The notes beneath the pieces were generated by a model that saw only the letters and a program-made list of their open reading frames with translations, was not told where the DNA came from and did no database searches. From positions 32,001-96,000 of the forward strand of contig CAWCKY010000007.1 of NCBI GenBank assembly GCA_963796275.1: a stretch of 64,000 nt of DNA, in the 5' to 3' direction. Each line of letters begins with the position of its first letter. The first letter of the stretch is position 1. Of the stretch, positions 51,490 to 61,976 are shown one piece after another. This DNA is from an uncultured Acidobacteriota bacterium (lineage in GTDB: Bacteria; Acidobacteriota; Blastocatellia; RBC074). The position numbers were made by a program, and so were the translations under genes.

Positions 51490-53884
51490 ATGTCACGAAT
51501 CACCATATTCATCATCGCTGTCCTGTCTATCGCCAACCTGGCCCACGCCCAGCCAATCAAAAACGCCGTCCCTGATGCCGCGCGCCCACTGCCGCTTACA
51601 GCCGTTCGCCTCACCGGCGGCCCGCTCAAACATGCGCAGGACCTGGACGCGGACTATTTGCTCAAGTTGGAGCCGGATCGGATGCTGGCATTCTACCGCA
51701 AGCGCGCAGGGTTGGAACCGAAAGCGGAGCCTTACGGCGGGTGGGATGGCGATGGCAGAAACCTGACCGGCCACATCGCCGGGCACTACTTGTCCGGCGT
51801 GAGCATGATGTACGCCGCGACGGGCGACGCGCGCTTCAAAGAGCGCGCCGAATACATCGTCCGCGAATTGAAGGAAGTGCAGGACAAGTACGGCGACGGT
51901 TATCTGGGGGCATTGGCCAATGGCAAGGAGCAGTTCATCGAAGTCTCGAAGGGCAACATCCGCTCGGCGAGCTTCGACCTGAACGGGCTGTGGGCACCGT
52001 GGTACGTGCTGCACAAAACTTTTGCCGGTTTGCGCGATGCTTATCGTTACACCGGCAATCGAGCGGCGCTCGAAATCGAAATCAAATTCGCCGCCTGGGC
52101 CGAAGGCATCCTCGCCAAACTCGACGACGCGCAGATTGCAGAAGATGCTCAATACCGAGTTTGGCGGCATGCCCGAAGTGCTGGCTGACCTTTATGCCGA
52201 CACGGGCGACAAGCGCTGGCTGACGCTGTCACACCGCTTCGACCACCGCGCCGTGCTCGATCCGCTGGCGCGCCGCGAAAACATCCTGAACGGACTGCAC
52301 GGCAACACGCAGGTGCCGAAGATTGCACGGCTCGCTGGTGCGCTACGCCTACACGGGCGATAAGGCTGATGGCGAGGCGGCCCATTTTTTCTGGGACATC
52401 GTCGTTAAACATCACAGCTTTGCGACGGGAGGCCACGGCAAGGACGAATATTTCGGCCCGCCCGACGTGTTGAGCGACCGCATTGACGGGCGCACCGCCG
52501 AGACCTGCAACGTTTACAACATGATCAAGATGACGCGGAAACTCTTCGCGCTTCATCCCGAGATCAAATATGCCGAGTTTCACGAACGCGCGCTGTTCAA
52601 TCACATCCTCGGTTCGATTGATCGCGGAAGACGGCCGCACGTGTTATATGGTTCCGGTCGGGCGCGGCGTGCAGCGCGAGTATCAGGATATGTTCCGCGA
52701 GCTTCACCTGCTGCGTAGGCTCCGGCATGGAAAGCCACGCGCTGCACGGCGATGGGCTATATTACGAATCGGGCGACAAGTTGTGGGTCAATATTTACGC
52801 GCCTTCCACGGCCAAATGGGAAGCGGCGGGCGTTGACCTGGCGATGGACACAAACTTTCCCGAAGGCGAATCGGCTAGCTTGAAGCTGACGCTCAAAGCG
52901 CCCAAAGAATTCATGCTGGCGTTGCGCCGCCCTTCGTGGGCAGGCGAAGGTTTTGCCGTCAAGGTCAATGGGCAGCCCGTCAAACAGCTTTCCGCTCCCG
53001 GCTCCTACGTCGAACTCAAGCGCAGATGGAAGACGGGGGACGCCGTCGCATTGACGCTGCCGAAGACGCTGTGGTTGGAACCATTGCCCGATAACAAGCG
53101 TGTGACCGCGATAATGTGGGGGCCGATTGTGTTGGCTGGCGATTTGGGTCCGGAAAGAGAACGCCGCCGTGGCAGACAGGCTGAGGCCCAAGCCGGGGCA
53201 CGACCGCCTGCTCAACCGATTCGCATTCCATCGCTCGTGGCCGCCGACCGCCCGCTGTCCGAATGGCTCAAAGCCGTGACGGACAAACCGGGCAATTTTC
53301 GCACCGGCGGCATCGGGCACGAAGAAGATGTAAACCTCGTGCCGTTTTACCGCCTGCACCGTCGCACATACTCGATCTACTTTGACCTGTTCACGCCGGC
53401 CGAATGGGAGAAGAAGGCCGGCGAGTTGCTCGCCGCAGAAGAACGCCGGCGCAAGCTCGAAGCCGCGACGGTTGCATTTGTGGATCAGCCGGGCGAAGTG
53501 TACTCCGAGCGCGATTTCAACCAGCGAGGCGAAGACACAACGCCCGTGCGCATCGGAGGCCGCCCGGGTCGCAGCGCCCGCAAATGGTTTTCCTTCGATC
53601 TGCCCGTCGATGCGGCTCATCCGCAGAAGCTGATTGTGACCTATCACGGCGAAGAGCGCGCGACGCGGACGTTTGAAATCCTGGTGGACGACACGCGCAT
53701 CGGTGAACAGCGCATCGAACGGCATCGCCCCGGCAGCCCGACCAAGAGCTTTTTCGATGTCGAGTACTCGGTTCCGGGTGATTCGGTGAAGGGGAAGCAA
53801 AAGGTGACGGTGCGATTTCAGGCTACGGGCGGCAATGAAACCGCCGGTGTATTTGGCGTCCGCCTGGTTCGCGCGGAGCAGTAG
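51490..53884 (+). CDS. GH127-family beta-L-arabinofuranosidase-like protein, interrupted by four +1 frameshifts
   Basis: YGGW, GHIAGHYLS, TEFGGM, HGNTQVPK, ETCNVYNM and FTCCVGSGMES are spread across frames. Extra bases at ~52138, ~52325, ~52624 and ~52699. Confidence 0.85.
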
Positions 53885-54194
53885 GGAACAACCAGGCGCA
53901 CGTTCTGCGAGACAGCAATAAGGTAACGAAAGGCTTACCTGAGCGAACTGCAGCCGTGTGTTGCAGACTGCGCCGTCCGTCACGCAGTTTGATCAGGCGG
54001 CTGAAACTATGTATGCTTTCGGCGCGGCGAGCGGCGAAGATGGATCCGAGGGTCTTTTTGAGATTGGGCTGAGGAGGATATTATCTTACGTAATCTTTCG
54101 CCCGACTTCGTGGACAATTATTTACCAAAATCTCACGTCGGACGTCCAAAAGTGAGATCGGCGATCAATCCGTTTGGGGCTGAATGGGATATTT

Positions 54195-55184
54195 ATGACA
54201 ACGGCTAATCACCGAGTCATCGAAACAAACGGCATTAAGATGCATATTGCAGACCAGGGCACGGGGCCGCTGGTCGTTTTGTGTCACGGGTTTCCGGAAC
54301 TGTGGTACTCCTGGCATCACCAATTACCGGCGCTGGCTGGTGCGGGCTACCGCGTTGTGGCGCCGGACCAGCGTGGTTACGGCCAGACCGAGGCGCCTGA
54401 AGCAATCGAAGCCTATGACCTCACACAGTTGACTGCTGATATCGTTGGCTTAGTCCAAGGATTGGGCGAGGAGCAGGCCGTTATCGTCGGGCACGACTGG
54501 GGGGCGCTGGTGGCCTGGCATTGCGCCCTGCTGCGGCCAGATATCTTCCGCGCCGTCGCTCTGCTGAGCGTTCCTTATCGTCAATGGTCCTGGACCGCCA
54601 TTCGCCCGACCGATGCAATGAGGAAGATGGCGGGCGAGAATCATTTTTATCAATTGTATTTTCAGGAACCTGGCAAGGCTGAGGCAGAGCTTGAAGCCGA
54701 CGTTCGCAAGAGCCTGATCATGCTTCTCTATTCGGCGTCGGGTGATCCTCCGCTAGAGAAGCGCTGGCGCTTTCTGTTCGGCAAGCACGAGACGCTGCTC
54801 GACAGCGGCACCTTGCCGGAGACACTGCCGTCGTGGTTGACGGCAGAGTATCTCGACTTATCCACACGCGAGTTCGAGAGGACCGGTTTTCGGGGTGGGC
54901 TCAACTGGTACCGGAACATTGACCGGGCGTGGGAACTAATGCGCTTCCTGAGCGGCGCGAAGATTCGGCAGCCATCGCTCTTCGCGGGCGGAGAGCTTGA
55001 TCCCTTGACTGCGATGAATAGGCAATACTTTGACGCCCTGGAACAGACCATGCCCGGCCTCAAGGAGAAAGTGTTGCTGCCGGGTGCGGGGCATTGGATA
55101 CAGCAGGAACGCCCCACCGAGATCAACCGGCTGCTGATTGATTTTCTGAACGGCTTGGATCAGCAAGGTTCGGGTAATTCGTAG
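54195..55184 (+). CDS. Epoxide hydrolase (alpha/beta fold, EphA-like)
   Basis: LCHGFPELWYSW, DQRGYG, GHDWGA, GGLNWYRN and AGHWIQQERP. Confidence 0.92.
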   Translation: MTTANHRVIETNGIKMHIADQGTGPLVVLCHGFPELWYSWHHQLPALAGAGYRVVAPDQRGYGQTEAPEAIEAYDLTQLTADIVGLVQGLGEEQAVIVGHDWGALVAWHCALLRPDIFRAVALLSVPYRQWSWTAIRPTDAMRKMAGENHFYQLYFQEPGKAEAELEADVRKSLIMLLYSASGDPPLEKRWRFLFGKHETLLDSGTLPETLPSWLTAEYLDLSTREFERTGFRGGLNWYRNIDRAWELMRFLSGAKIRQPSLFAGGELDPLTAMNRQYFDALEQTMPGLKEKVLLPGAGHWIQQERPTEINRLLIDFLNGLDQQGSGNS

Positions 55185-55290
55185 CAACTCCGTATGCGCG
55201 CGCGAGCCGGAGCAGCCAATTACTGCGTAGGCTCGCCGCGCACCGTAGCGGGCTTCAAGAAAACTATTGCCCTCAGAATCGCGCAACATA

Positions 55291-55812
55291 CTATTGTCTT
55301 TTGTAAACCATCTTCCACCTGTTACCCATAAATTCTTTGGCGATAGTAAGGGTCTTCCGGTCGTCGTCCATATCCCAGGTCTCTTTTAGCCCGCCGCCCG
55401 TAAGCTGAGTCGTAATGATCAGCTGCTTTCCGCTCCAACCAGCCTTTGATTTGAACGTGGAGCCATCTGGCTCGGTGTTGGTACTCTCCTTTCCATCGGT
55501 GGTCCAACGCAGTTCAATCACTCTAGGCAGTTCCTCGAAGCTTCTTATTAATTTCAGCTCCGGGTCCTTGTGATCGACCTCGTTCATTTCCTTCTCGGCT
55601 CCAGGCGGGATAGGTGGATCTCCAGCCTCTTTCGTCAATGACACAGCTTTCCATTTCCCGGTGAAGTCGGGTTTCCCATCTTTGTCCTGACCCGAACTCA
55701 GCGAGGAAGCAGAAGCAAGCGCAACTGATATCAGCAGAGCTAACGAGGCGGCTATCAGTGATAACGCGCCATGCTTCGCACTGAAACCGCTCTTTTTTTC
55801 AATCAGTCTCAT
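55291..55812 (-). CDS. Secreted hypothetical protein (lipocalin-like beta-barrel)
   Basis: Signal peptide, KPDFTGKWK, TTDGKESTN and terminal VYKRQ. Confidence 0.7.
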   Translation of the reverse strand: MRLIEKKSGFSAKHGALSLIAASLALLISVALASASSLSSGQDKDGKPDFTGKWKAVSLTKEAGDPPIPPGAEKEMNEVDHKDPELKLIRSFEELPRVIELRWTTDGKESTNTEPDGSTFKSKAGWSGKQLIITTQLTGGGLKETWDMDDDRKTLTIAKEFMGNRWKMVYKRQ

Positions 55813-56559
55813 AATAGGACGACGAGAACGATTCGCCTATTATGCAATATATTGCATAAGTGCAAATCGTTCTCAGCGTCCATGACGATCCGGATGCGGC
55901 CGACGATCAGGCCCGTCTTTGGCTGCGATTGGATGAATCCCTCAACAATCCACAGAATGCAGCTCGATTGCGGGGCACAATTAGAGCGGGCATTAGAGAG
56001 GCGCAAGCGGATTCTGCATATAAACACATGCCACTGAGGCAATACATCGCGCATATCAAGAACGGATGCAGCCGAGAGATAAGGGATGCTCCGAGCGGCA
56101 TGAGCAGAAGGAGAGGGTAATATGGCTTGCAAGACCACGAGATATTCCCCTCACCCCCAACAAATCGGAGACACATTAAGACAGGATCAGATGGTGGACC
56201 TACTAAATGAAGCTTCTCGGCGAGGGCTAATCTCTACTATAACAATCGAGGGAAGGGAGTTGAAAAAGAGGGAAGACCCTACGAAACGGAAACCGATGCG
56301 CAAGGGGGTGGATCAATGGAAGCCGGGCATCCTGTAATGCCGTTTTATGTTCGCGCCGACCAATCGCTTTCACCAAGCCATTTGGCCCGCGAACATAAAC
56401 CATTATCAGATGACCTCGTGCTACTTGAAATATGAAAGAAATTACTACTTCTGAAAAGATTACTTCAAGTTGTGAATAACTCATCATCCAAAGAAATGCC
56501 GAGCTGCTTGAAAGAGAGCTTCAGAGCAGTAAGCAAATCTTTTTCACAGGGGCCGTATG

Positions 56560-56938
56560 TCATAGGCCATCCAAAGAAATCCCAAGCCTGCTGAATGAAA
56601 ATTTCAGCGCAGTGAGTAATCCTTTTTCACAATGACTGTTTTGTGCCTTTTCAAGAAGAATGGCCAAGAAAACATCATCTGGATATCTATTCTCGCTGCC
56701 ATCTACCATACCTGCTAACTCTCCTGTGACAGTTTCCTGCATTTCATTGAAGCCAATCAACTCAGCAAGGCTATTCTTTACAGTATCAGTGTCACTCTCA
56801 GTCTCCTGACTTGGGTAAGAACCACGCGCACTTACCGTAATATTTAGAGCTAGAGAAGACACAAAGCGGATATTTCTGATCAGACGGCAAATCAGAATAG
56901 ATTTTTTTCAGCTCTGCTATTTTTTCAGCATCTAACAT
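56560..56938 (-). CDS. Hypothetical helical protein, putative immunity protein; frameshift at ~56872
   Basis: RBS AGGAG and ATG at 56938 (MLDAEKIAELKKIYSDLPSDQK), joining the track ORF after removal of one base. Lower GC. Confidence 0.55.
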
Positions 56939-56962
56939 CTGTCTCTCCTATTGAGTCTCATA

Positions 56963-57099
56963 TTAGTACGACGTTCTTGGAAGCGAATTAACGTCAACCC
57001 TCTCTCAGTCAGCACCTTGATCCTGGTGTTTCCTTGCATAATCGCGCCATCAGGCTTAACAATTAAAGGAGGGCCGAAGGTTTTCAACTTTGGCGTCAT
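56963..57099 (-). pseudogene. Remnant of a ParB-like toxin C-terminus
   Basis: PLIVKPDGAIMQGNTRIKVLTERG/DVNSLPRTSY* resembles the ParB/Srx core (PxxV...I.dG.hR). It is frameshifted and lacks an upstream body. Confidence 0.5.
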
Positions 57100-57192
57100 C
57101 GAGCTAGGGGTCGCTAAACAGCCGTGGGAGGCTGGTTTGGGCCGCCTCAGCGCTTACTTGGCCACAATGGGATTAGTAGATTTCCATCAGGA

Positions 57193-59361
57193 TTAGTTCT
57201 GCTTAAGCCGAAAGATTTTGAGTCCGAACCTAGAATCATTGCCATAAATCCGCTCCAAATAACGATGACTATAAACCTCGAAAGTCACCCAGTTCTGCAG
57301 TTGAATCTGGTAATCTGGCTCCTCGCTTTCGGCGGCTCTGACTCCTGGTACCGTATCTCCTGATGGACCACTGCCTTTATTGCCGATATAGGCCACAAAC
57401 CCGAAAAGGTTAGGATAATACATCACATAACGTACGCCCTGCTGCTTGAGCGCCAGATGAACTTCCTCCAGCGAAGTACAACGGCTCAAGAGTCTTCGCC
57501 ACACGACCGAATTCCAACCAGCGTCTGAGATGTGAGGATGTTCGATCCCATAATTCATCTGAGCTCCGATCATCAGCACCTTTGCATCAGGAGGAGAAAG
57601 GCGATTGATAAAATCCAGGGCACGATAATCTCCTCTGGAGGACATCAGAAATTCTCGGCGTGAGGTTCCTCCTGTAAGAAATGCAGGACCATTTTTGATG
57701 ATGTATTCATGACTACTTTTGTAAAGGACAACTCCTAGAGCAATACCAACAATGGTCAGAGGCAGCCATTTTCCGAGCTGGAAGCGATCCCCGATCCTTT
57801 CGCTGGCGGAATTCAACGCATATGCCGAAATGATCGTCAATGGGGGGTAAAGCGGAAGCAAGTAACGGTCTATCCAGGATGCCTGGACGGTCAAAAGGAA
57901 AAATCCGGCGCTGATTCCAAGCAACCAGACAATCCATCTCTGTTTTTTAGCCAGGATCAAGAATGGCAGAAACGCGAACAGATAGTTCGGGGTCAGACCC
58001 GGATCGGCAATGTTATATCTGGCTGATGCTGTCAAATATTCCCATATCCTTAGTGGATGACGTTCCGGCCTGCGCGAAGCGTACTTCGCCAGAATTTGTT
58101 CGATCTGAGCGACGATTTGCGGATCGGTTTCCCGCGCTCGATTAAAATGAACATCTATTCTCTCTTGATCTTCAGCAGTGAAGTATAGAGGGCGGCCGTT
58201 CTCAAAACGCGCGACCTCTCCCGTAAAAAAAGGATAGATCGGGTTGTGAAACCAGACGGCATTTTTGATGAGCCAGGGAGAAGTAACGGCGAGGGCAATA
58301 AGGATGAAGGCGAAACCATTCTTAATTATGTGAGAGAAAGAATCTCCTCTGCGCCAACACTCAACGCAAAACAATACTCCCAACATCAGCAGCCACAGGC
58401 CGGCAGTATACTTAATTCCCATGCTGAAACCTGCGAGCAGAGCCGAAGCAATCAACCAGCCGCGATTGGCAGTCGCTAGATAAGTTATCATTGCGCTGGT
58501 TGTGAGAAACAACATACCGGCGAGCGTGACGTCAACGCGAGATGTGACGGCTATCTCAATCACCATCCCGGCTGCGAAGAATCCAAGAAGCGCAATCATC
58601 CCTATCCGGCGAGAAAGAAATCGCGCACAAAAACCATACAATCCCAGGGCGCTGATGAGACCCAGTAAAACACTAAACAGTTTTGCCGCAATATCAGCCT
58701 TCGCCATCAGGCAAACGGCATAGATCATATGGACCAGAAAAGGCAGATTGCCTGAGAAGTTGTCCAGCACCGGGAACAATTGCCCGTGTTCGACAAATAC
58801 CTGTGTGACCGGCAAATGATAAATAGCCTCATCAGGAGAGTAGGGCGGAATTGCGGCTCGAAGGATAAGGAGCAAAGAGGCCAGACCGATTAGAGAGACT
58901 GCTATGAGCCGGGTCCAATTGGCAATGAGTTCTCGGAACAGTTCATTCAACAGCCCGGAAAGGCTGGAAATCTCACGGTAAGTAATTCCAAGCAGCAGTA
59001 TAATGAGCATCGCAACAGGCAACGGCCTGAGCCAACCAACTATCCCCAAACCGAAAACACATAGAGCGAGGCTGCCCGTCCCAAGCATGACCGAGTATGC
59101 CACTTCTTCCGCATGACCGACGAATTTCAATTTGAGAGCCCGGCTGATGCTGCTCCCAATGCAATAGGCGAGGGTGATAATAGATACCGCCAGCAGAAGG
59201 TCAAAAGCGCGGTCTAACAAGGCAAGAGAGCCGCGGTAATCAATCGTCGCCCGTGTGATTTGCAGATGCGCGTAAACCGCCGGTGCTGCAAACACGGCGA
59301 GAAGAAGGGAGAACCCCACTTTTCGTAAGGCTGGTTGTTTAAGGGTGATCGGGTAGCTCAT
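57193..59361 (-). CDS. GT-C membrane glycosyltransferase (ArnT/PMT-like, family 39-like)
   Basis: Many TM helices, PDEAIYHL, GIKYT, SPWLIKNAVWFHNPIYPF and RYLLP. Confidence 0.8.
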   Translation of the reverse strand: MSYPITLKQPALRKVGFSLLLAVFAAPAVYAHLQITRATIDYRGSLALLDRAFDLLLAVSIITLAYCIGSSISRALKLKFVGHAEEVAYSVMLGTGSLALCVFGLGIVGWLRPLPVAMLIILLLGITYREISSLSGLLNELFRELIANWTRLIAVSLIGLASLLLILRAAIPPYSPDEAIYHLPVTQVFVEHGQLFPVLDNFSGNLPFLVHMIYAVCLMAKADIAAKLFSVLLGLISALGLYGFCARFLSRRIGMIALLGFFAAGMVIEIAVTSRVDVTLAGMLFLTTSAMITYLATANRGWLIASALLAGFSMGIKYTAGLWLLMLGVLFCVECWRRGDSFSHIIKNGFAFILIALAVTSPWLIKNAVWFHNPIYPFFTGEVARFENGRPLYFTAEDQERIDVHFNRARETDPQIVAQIEQILAKYASRRPERHPLRIWEYLTASARYNIADPGLTPNYLFAFLPFLILAKKQRWIVWLLGISAGFFLLTVQASWIDRYLLPLYPPLTIISAYALNSASERIGDRFQLGKWLPLTIVGIALGVVLYKSSHEYIIKNGPAFLTGGTSRREFLMSSRGDYRALDFINRLSPPDAKVLMIGAQMNYGIEHPHISDAGWNSVVWRRLLSRCTSLEEVHLALKQQGVRYVMYYPNLFGFVAYIGNKGSGPSGDTVPGVRAAESEEPDYQIQLQNWVTFEVYSHRYLERIYGNDSRFGLKIFRLKQN

Positions 59362-61882
59362 TTTTCACAGTTGAAATAGAAGTTGAGTTCCGCAGCGCCG
59401 ACCACACGATGAAACATGCCACTAACACGAAAGCGATGGCCGAAATCAATAAGGCCGCGCGGTCGTACCATTGGCGGCTGAAAGTTAGCGTCACTGGCCC
59501 ATCCGCGAATGTCAGCATATAAAATGGCGTGGCTGCATAGATCGTTCCGCTGTCGGCCCTGTACCACTTCGGATGAAAAGTAGTCGCCACCAGGATTGGC
59601 GCCAGCACAGATGAATCAACGGCCTTATTTAATGGCGCGTAGTCCAGCTTGATCAAATTTTTTCCGGTTTCAATGGATACTGCGCCGGCCACAACAGGCG
59701 AACCATCTGGCTCGGCAAAGGTCGGGACTTTGTCTCGTTCAAGGACGCGACGGATGGCTATCCACTCATGGCGTATCTGGCTGGAGCTGTAATGATAGGT
59801 CGGGAATAACGAATTTACCCGCTCGCCAGGCACTTCTTTTTTGCGCTCGATGACTTCCAGTCTGGTGAACTCCGAACGGGCTGCATTGATCCTCTGGAAC
59901 AAGGGAGCATCGCTCGCTAAGGCGACCAGAAGCCTTTTCCCCGCGAACTCGCGCAACAATTTAAAGGCCCGGTTACAGTCGCCGCACTCATAGCTGTCGA
60001 GGACAACCGCTCCAAAAAGTTCAAGGTCCTGCAGTCGGTCAATCTTCCTCTCCGGCGTGCGCACCAACAGCACGTCGAACCACCCATCGGCGAATTGTTC
60101 CTCAGCCCATCTGATGAAGCTGGAATCGTTGCGCCGCCTCTCCTTGACCGTGAAGTCGCTCACCACCAGCGCCGGGCGATATGGCAATACGCGCGCTCTG
60201 GGTGGCGGACTCTCCTTCAGCTCAAACACGGTCCACGCGCCGAAATCCTGCCAACTGCCGATTGCGGGTTCCTGAGCCAGGCGGGCTTTGATCTGCGGCG
60301 TGTGGATGACGATGTAGCGCGTCCCAACCATCCTGGCTCGTTCCAAATGTTTCGATATGGGTTGCCTGATGAAGTCTAGGTCGTCGCCAAGAACCGAGCT
60401 GATCCCGAAGTGGTAAGGCGCACTCGAGAGCGTGTTAACTACAGGCAGGAAGAAGAGAGAGTTGACCGAAGCTTCGTGGTAGGCGATGCTCAGGGCCTCG
60501 TTCCCTTGAGCTGCCAAATAAGCGTTGATCGCCCTGCCGTCAAACCGCGCTCGCGTCTCGCGCACGGGAGGCACCTCAACCAGATAGCGTCCGCTGCGTC
60601 GCACCTTCGCAAAGTCTAAAATACTGGCTATCTCTGTGAACTTTTGGGGGGTGTAAAACGAGAACTGAATTTTCGTCCCCGGCGAAGTGAGGACTGTCAC
60701 GGCCAGTCCCCCTAAAGCTATGCCTGCTGTGTAGCGTACACGCTTCAATGAGAAGGCCTGATCCTTTCCGGGAAATTCACCAAGCAGTCTGGCCAATCCG
60801 CGGAAAGCCGCAGCCAGCGCGATACCGGCTAGAACAGCCAGCAGAAAGATCAGAATGGCCAGGAGTCGTTGAGCCTGTAAAGGAAACCAAGCAGGTGCTG
60901 CTGAAGAGAAGAACAGAGCCCCGGACAATAATCCGCAGCCGCCCAGATAGGACCACATAGCGGGAGACGGGTTCTTGCGCCAGATTGCAGCCCCGATCAC
61001 TGCCACAATGCAGTAGCCCCAAAGAACATTGGAGAAATAACGGCCGAGGTTGACCGGATTGGGGCGGGTGACGAAGTACTCGTACTCGCTGAACATTGGT
61101 GCCAGCCAGAAAAGCACCAGCAGAACACTAAACAGAACGGATGCCAGGCGGGCAAACAGCGTGTAGGCGGTTGGACGGAATTCACTGCTACCAATCGTAC
61201 GCAAACATTTGTACCCGTCGCAAAGAAGAGCCGCGGCCACAAAAAAGACCGCAGCAATGGCAGCGAAGAAGTTCGAAAGTATCGTAAGTGCCAACGCTAA
61301 CGCTGACAATCCAGGCTTCCACCAAGCCTGCGAGTCCGTTAGATAGATTGACAACCATAAGACCAGTAAGATGAAGCCTAATAATTGTGCGTAGAGTCCG
61401 AGCTGAAGAGTACTGAATAGATCGACACCCGAGTTCAGCCGCAGGTAGAAGCGCGAGTCGGTGAGGAGAAAAAGGGTGACGACTAGCGAACCGGAAGCAA
61501 TCAGTATGCTATGTCCTGCAATCTCCTTTGCCGCAATCCAAATTATAAATGGCAGCAAGAAGACAGAACTCAGAACGGCTAACTTAAATGCTGCACCGAA
61601 AGATAACAACTGGGAATGATAAAGCAAAGCGGCCAGCCAGTTCTGCACCGGCGGATAAAAGTTGGGGAACGGCATGCCACCAAGAACAGCATCCGTCCAG
61701 CCAAACGTGTCAGGAAAGATATGTGTTGAGTATAGCTCGGCTAGCGCTTGATGCGAAGATCCATCCCAGGCATCAGAGGGCAATGGGTTGAGGAGCTTTT
61801 GAGAAAGGCAGAGTAAAAGAAGGGTAATGCTACCTAATAGAGGGAGTAATAAGGTTGATCTTTTTGTTATTAGGCTCCACAA
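59339..61882 (-). CDS. GT-C-like polytopic membrane protein (PTPS-related/YfhO-like)
   Basis: WDGSSH, GMPFPNFYPP, FWLAP, multiple TMs, a large periplasmic domain, TFHPKW and a C-terminal TM. Confidence 0.75.
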   Translation of the reverse strand: MWSLITKRSTLLLPLLGSITLLLLCLSQKLLNPLPSDAWDGSSHQALAELYSTHIFPDTFGWTDAVLGGMPFPNFYPPVQNWLAALLYHSQLLSFGAAFKLAVLSSVFLLPFIIWIAAKEIAGHSILIASGSLVVTLFLLTDSRFYLRLNSGVDLFSTLQLGLYAQLLGFILLVLWLSIYLTDSQAWWKPGLSALALALTILSNFFAAIAAVFFVAAALLCDGYKCLRTIGSSEFRPTAYTLFARLASVLFSVLLVLFWLAPMFSEYEYFVTRPNPVNLGRYFSNVLWGYCIVAVIGAAIWRKNPSPAMWSYLGGCGLLSGALFFSSAAPAWFPLQAQRLLAILIFLLAVLAGIALAAAFRGLARLLGEFPGKDQAFSLKRVRYTAGIALGGLAVTVLTSPGTKIQFSFYTPQKFTEIASILDFAKVRRSGRYLVEVPPVRETRARFDGRAINAYLAAQGNEALSIAYHEASVNSLFFLPVVNTLSSAPYHFGISSVLGDDLDFIRQPISKHLERARMVGTRYIVIHTPQIKARLAQEPAIGSWQDFGAWTVFELKESPPPRARVLPYRPALVVSDFTVKERRRNDSSFIRWAEEQFADGWFDVLLVRTPERKIDRLQDLELFGAVVLDSYECGDCNRAFKLLREFAGKRLLVALASDAPLFQRINAARSEFTRLEVIERKKEVPGERVNSLFPTYHYSSSQIRHEWIAIRRVLERDKVPTFAEPDGSPVVAGAVSIETGKNLIKLDYAPLNKAVDSSVLAPILVATTFHPKWYRADSGTIYAATPFYMLTFADGPVTLTFSRQWYDRAALLISAIAFVLVACFIVWSALRNSTSISTVKNELPDHP

Positions 61883-61976
61883 GACAAGCAGTTCATCAGT
61901 AAGTAAATATAATATTGGTTCTACACAAGTTTACTCTTGCAAGAATATGTATACTAGGAAGCTACTTTACAGCAGC

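Noticed and set aside
52130-52710. Programmed frameshifting or phase variation in GH127
   Set aside because: No slippery or homopolymer sites, and four independent shifts would be required. Sequencing error is more parsimonious.
52757-53983. 408-aa antisense ORF
   Set aside because: Shadow of the GC-rich GH127 gene.
54195-55184. Epoxide hydrolase as a tailoring enzyme of the terpene cluster
   Set aside because: It lies about 42 kb away, beyond unrelated genes, and belongs to a common housekeeping-type family.
55860-56337. Two short plus-strand ORFs (86 and 71 aa)
   Set aside because: No recognisable motifs, and competing ORFs on both strands. A call cannot be supported.
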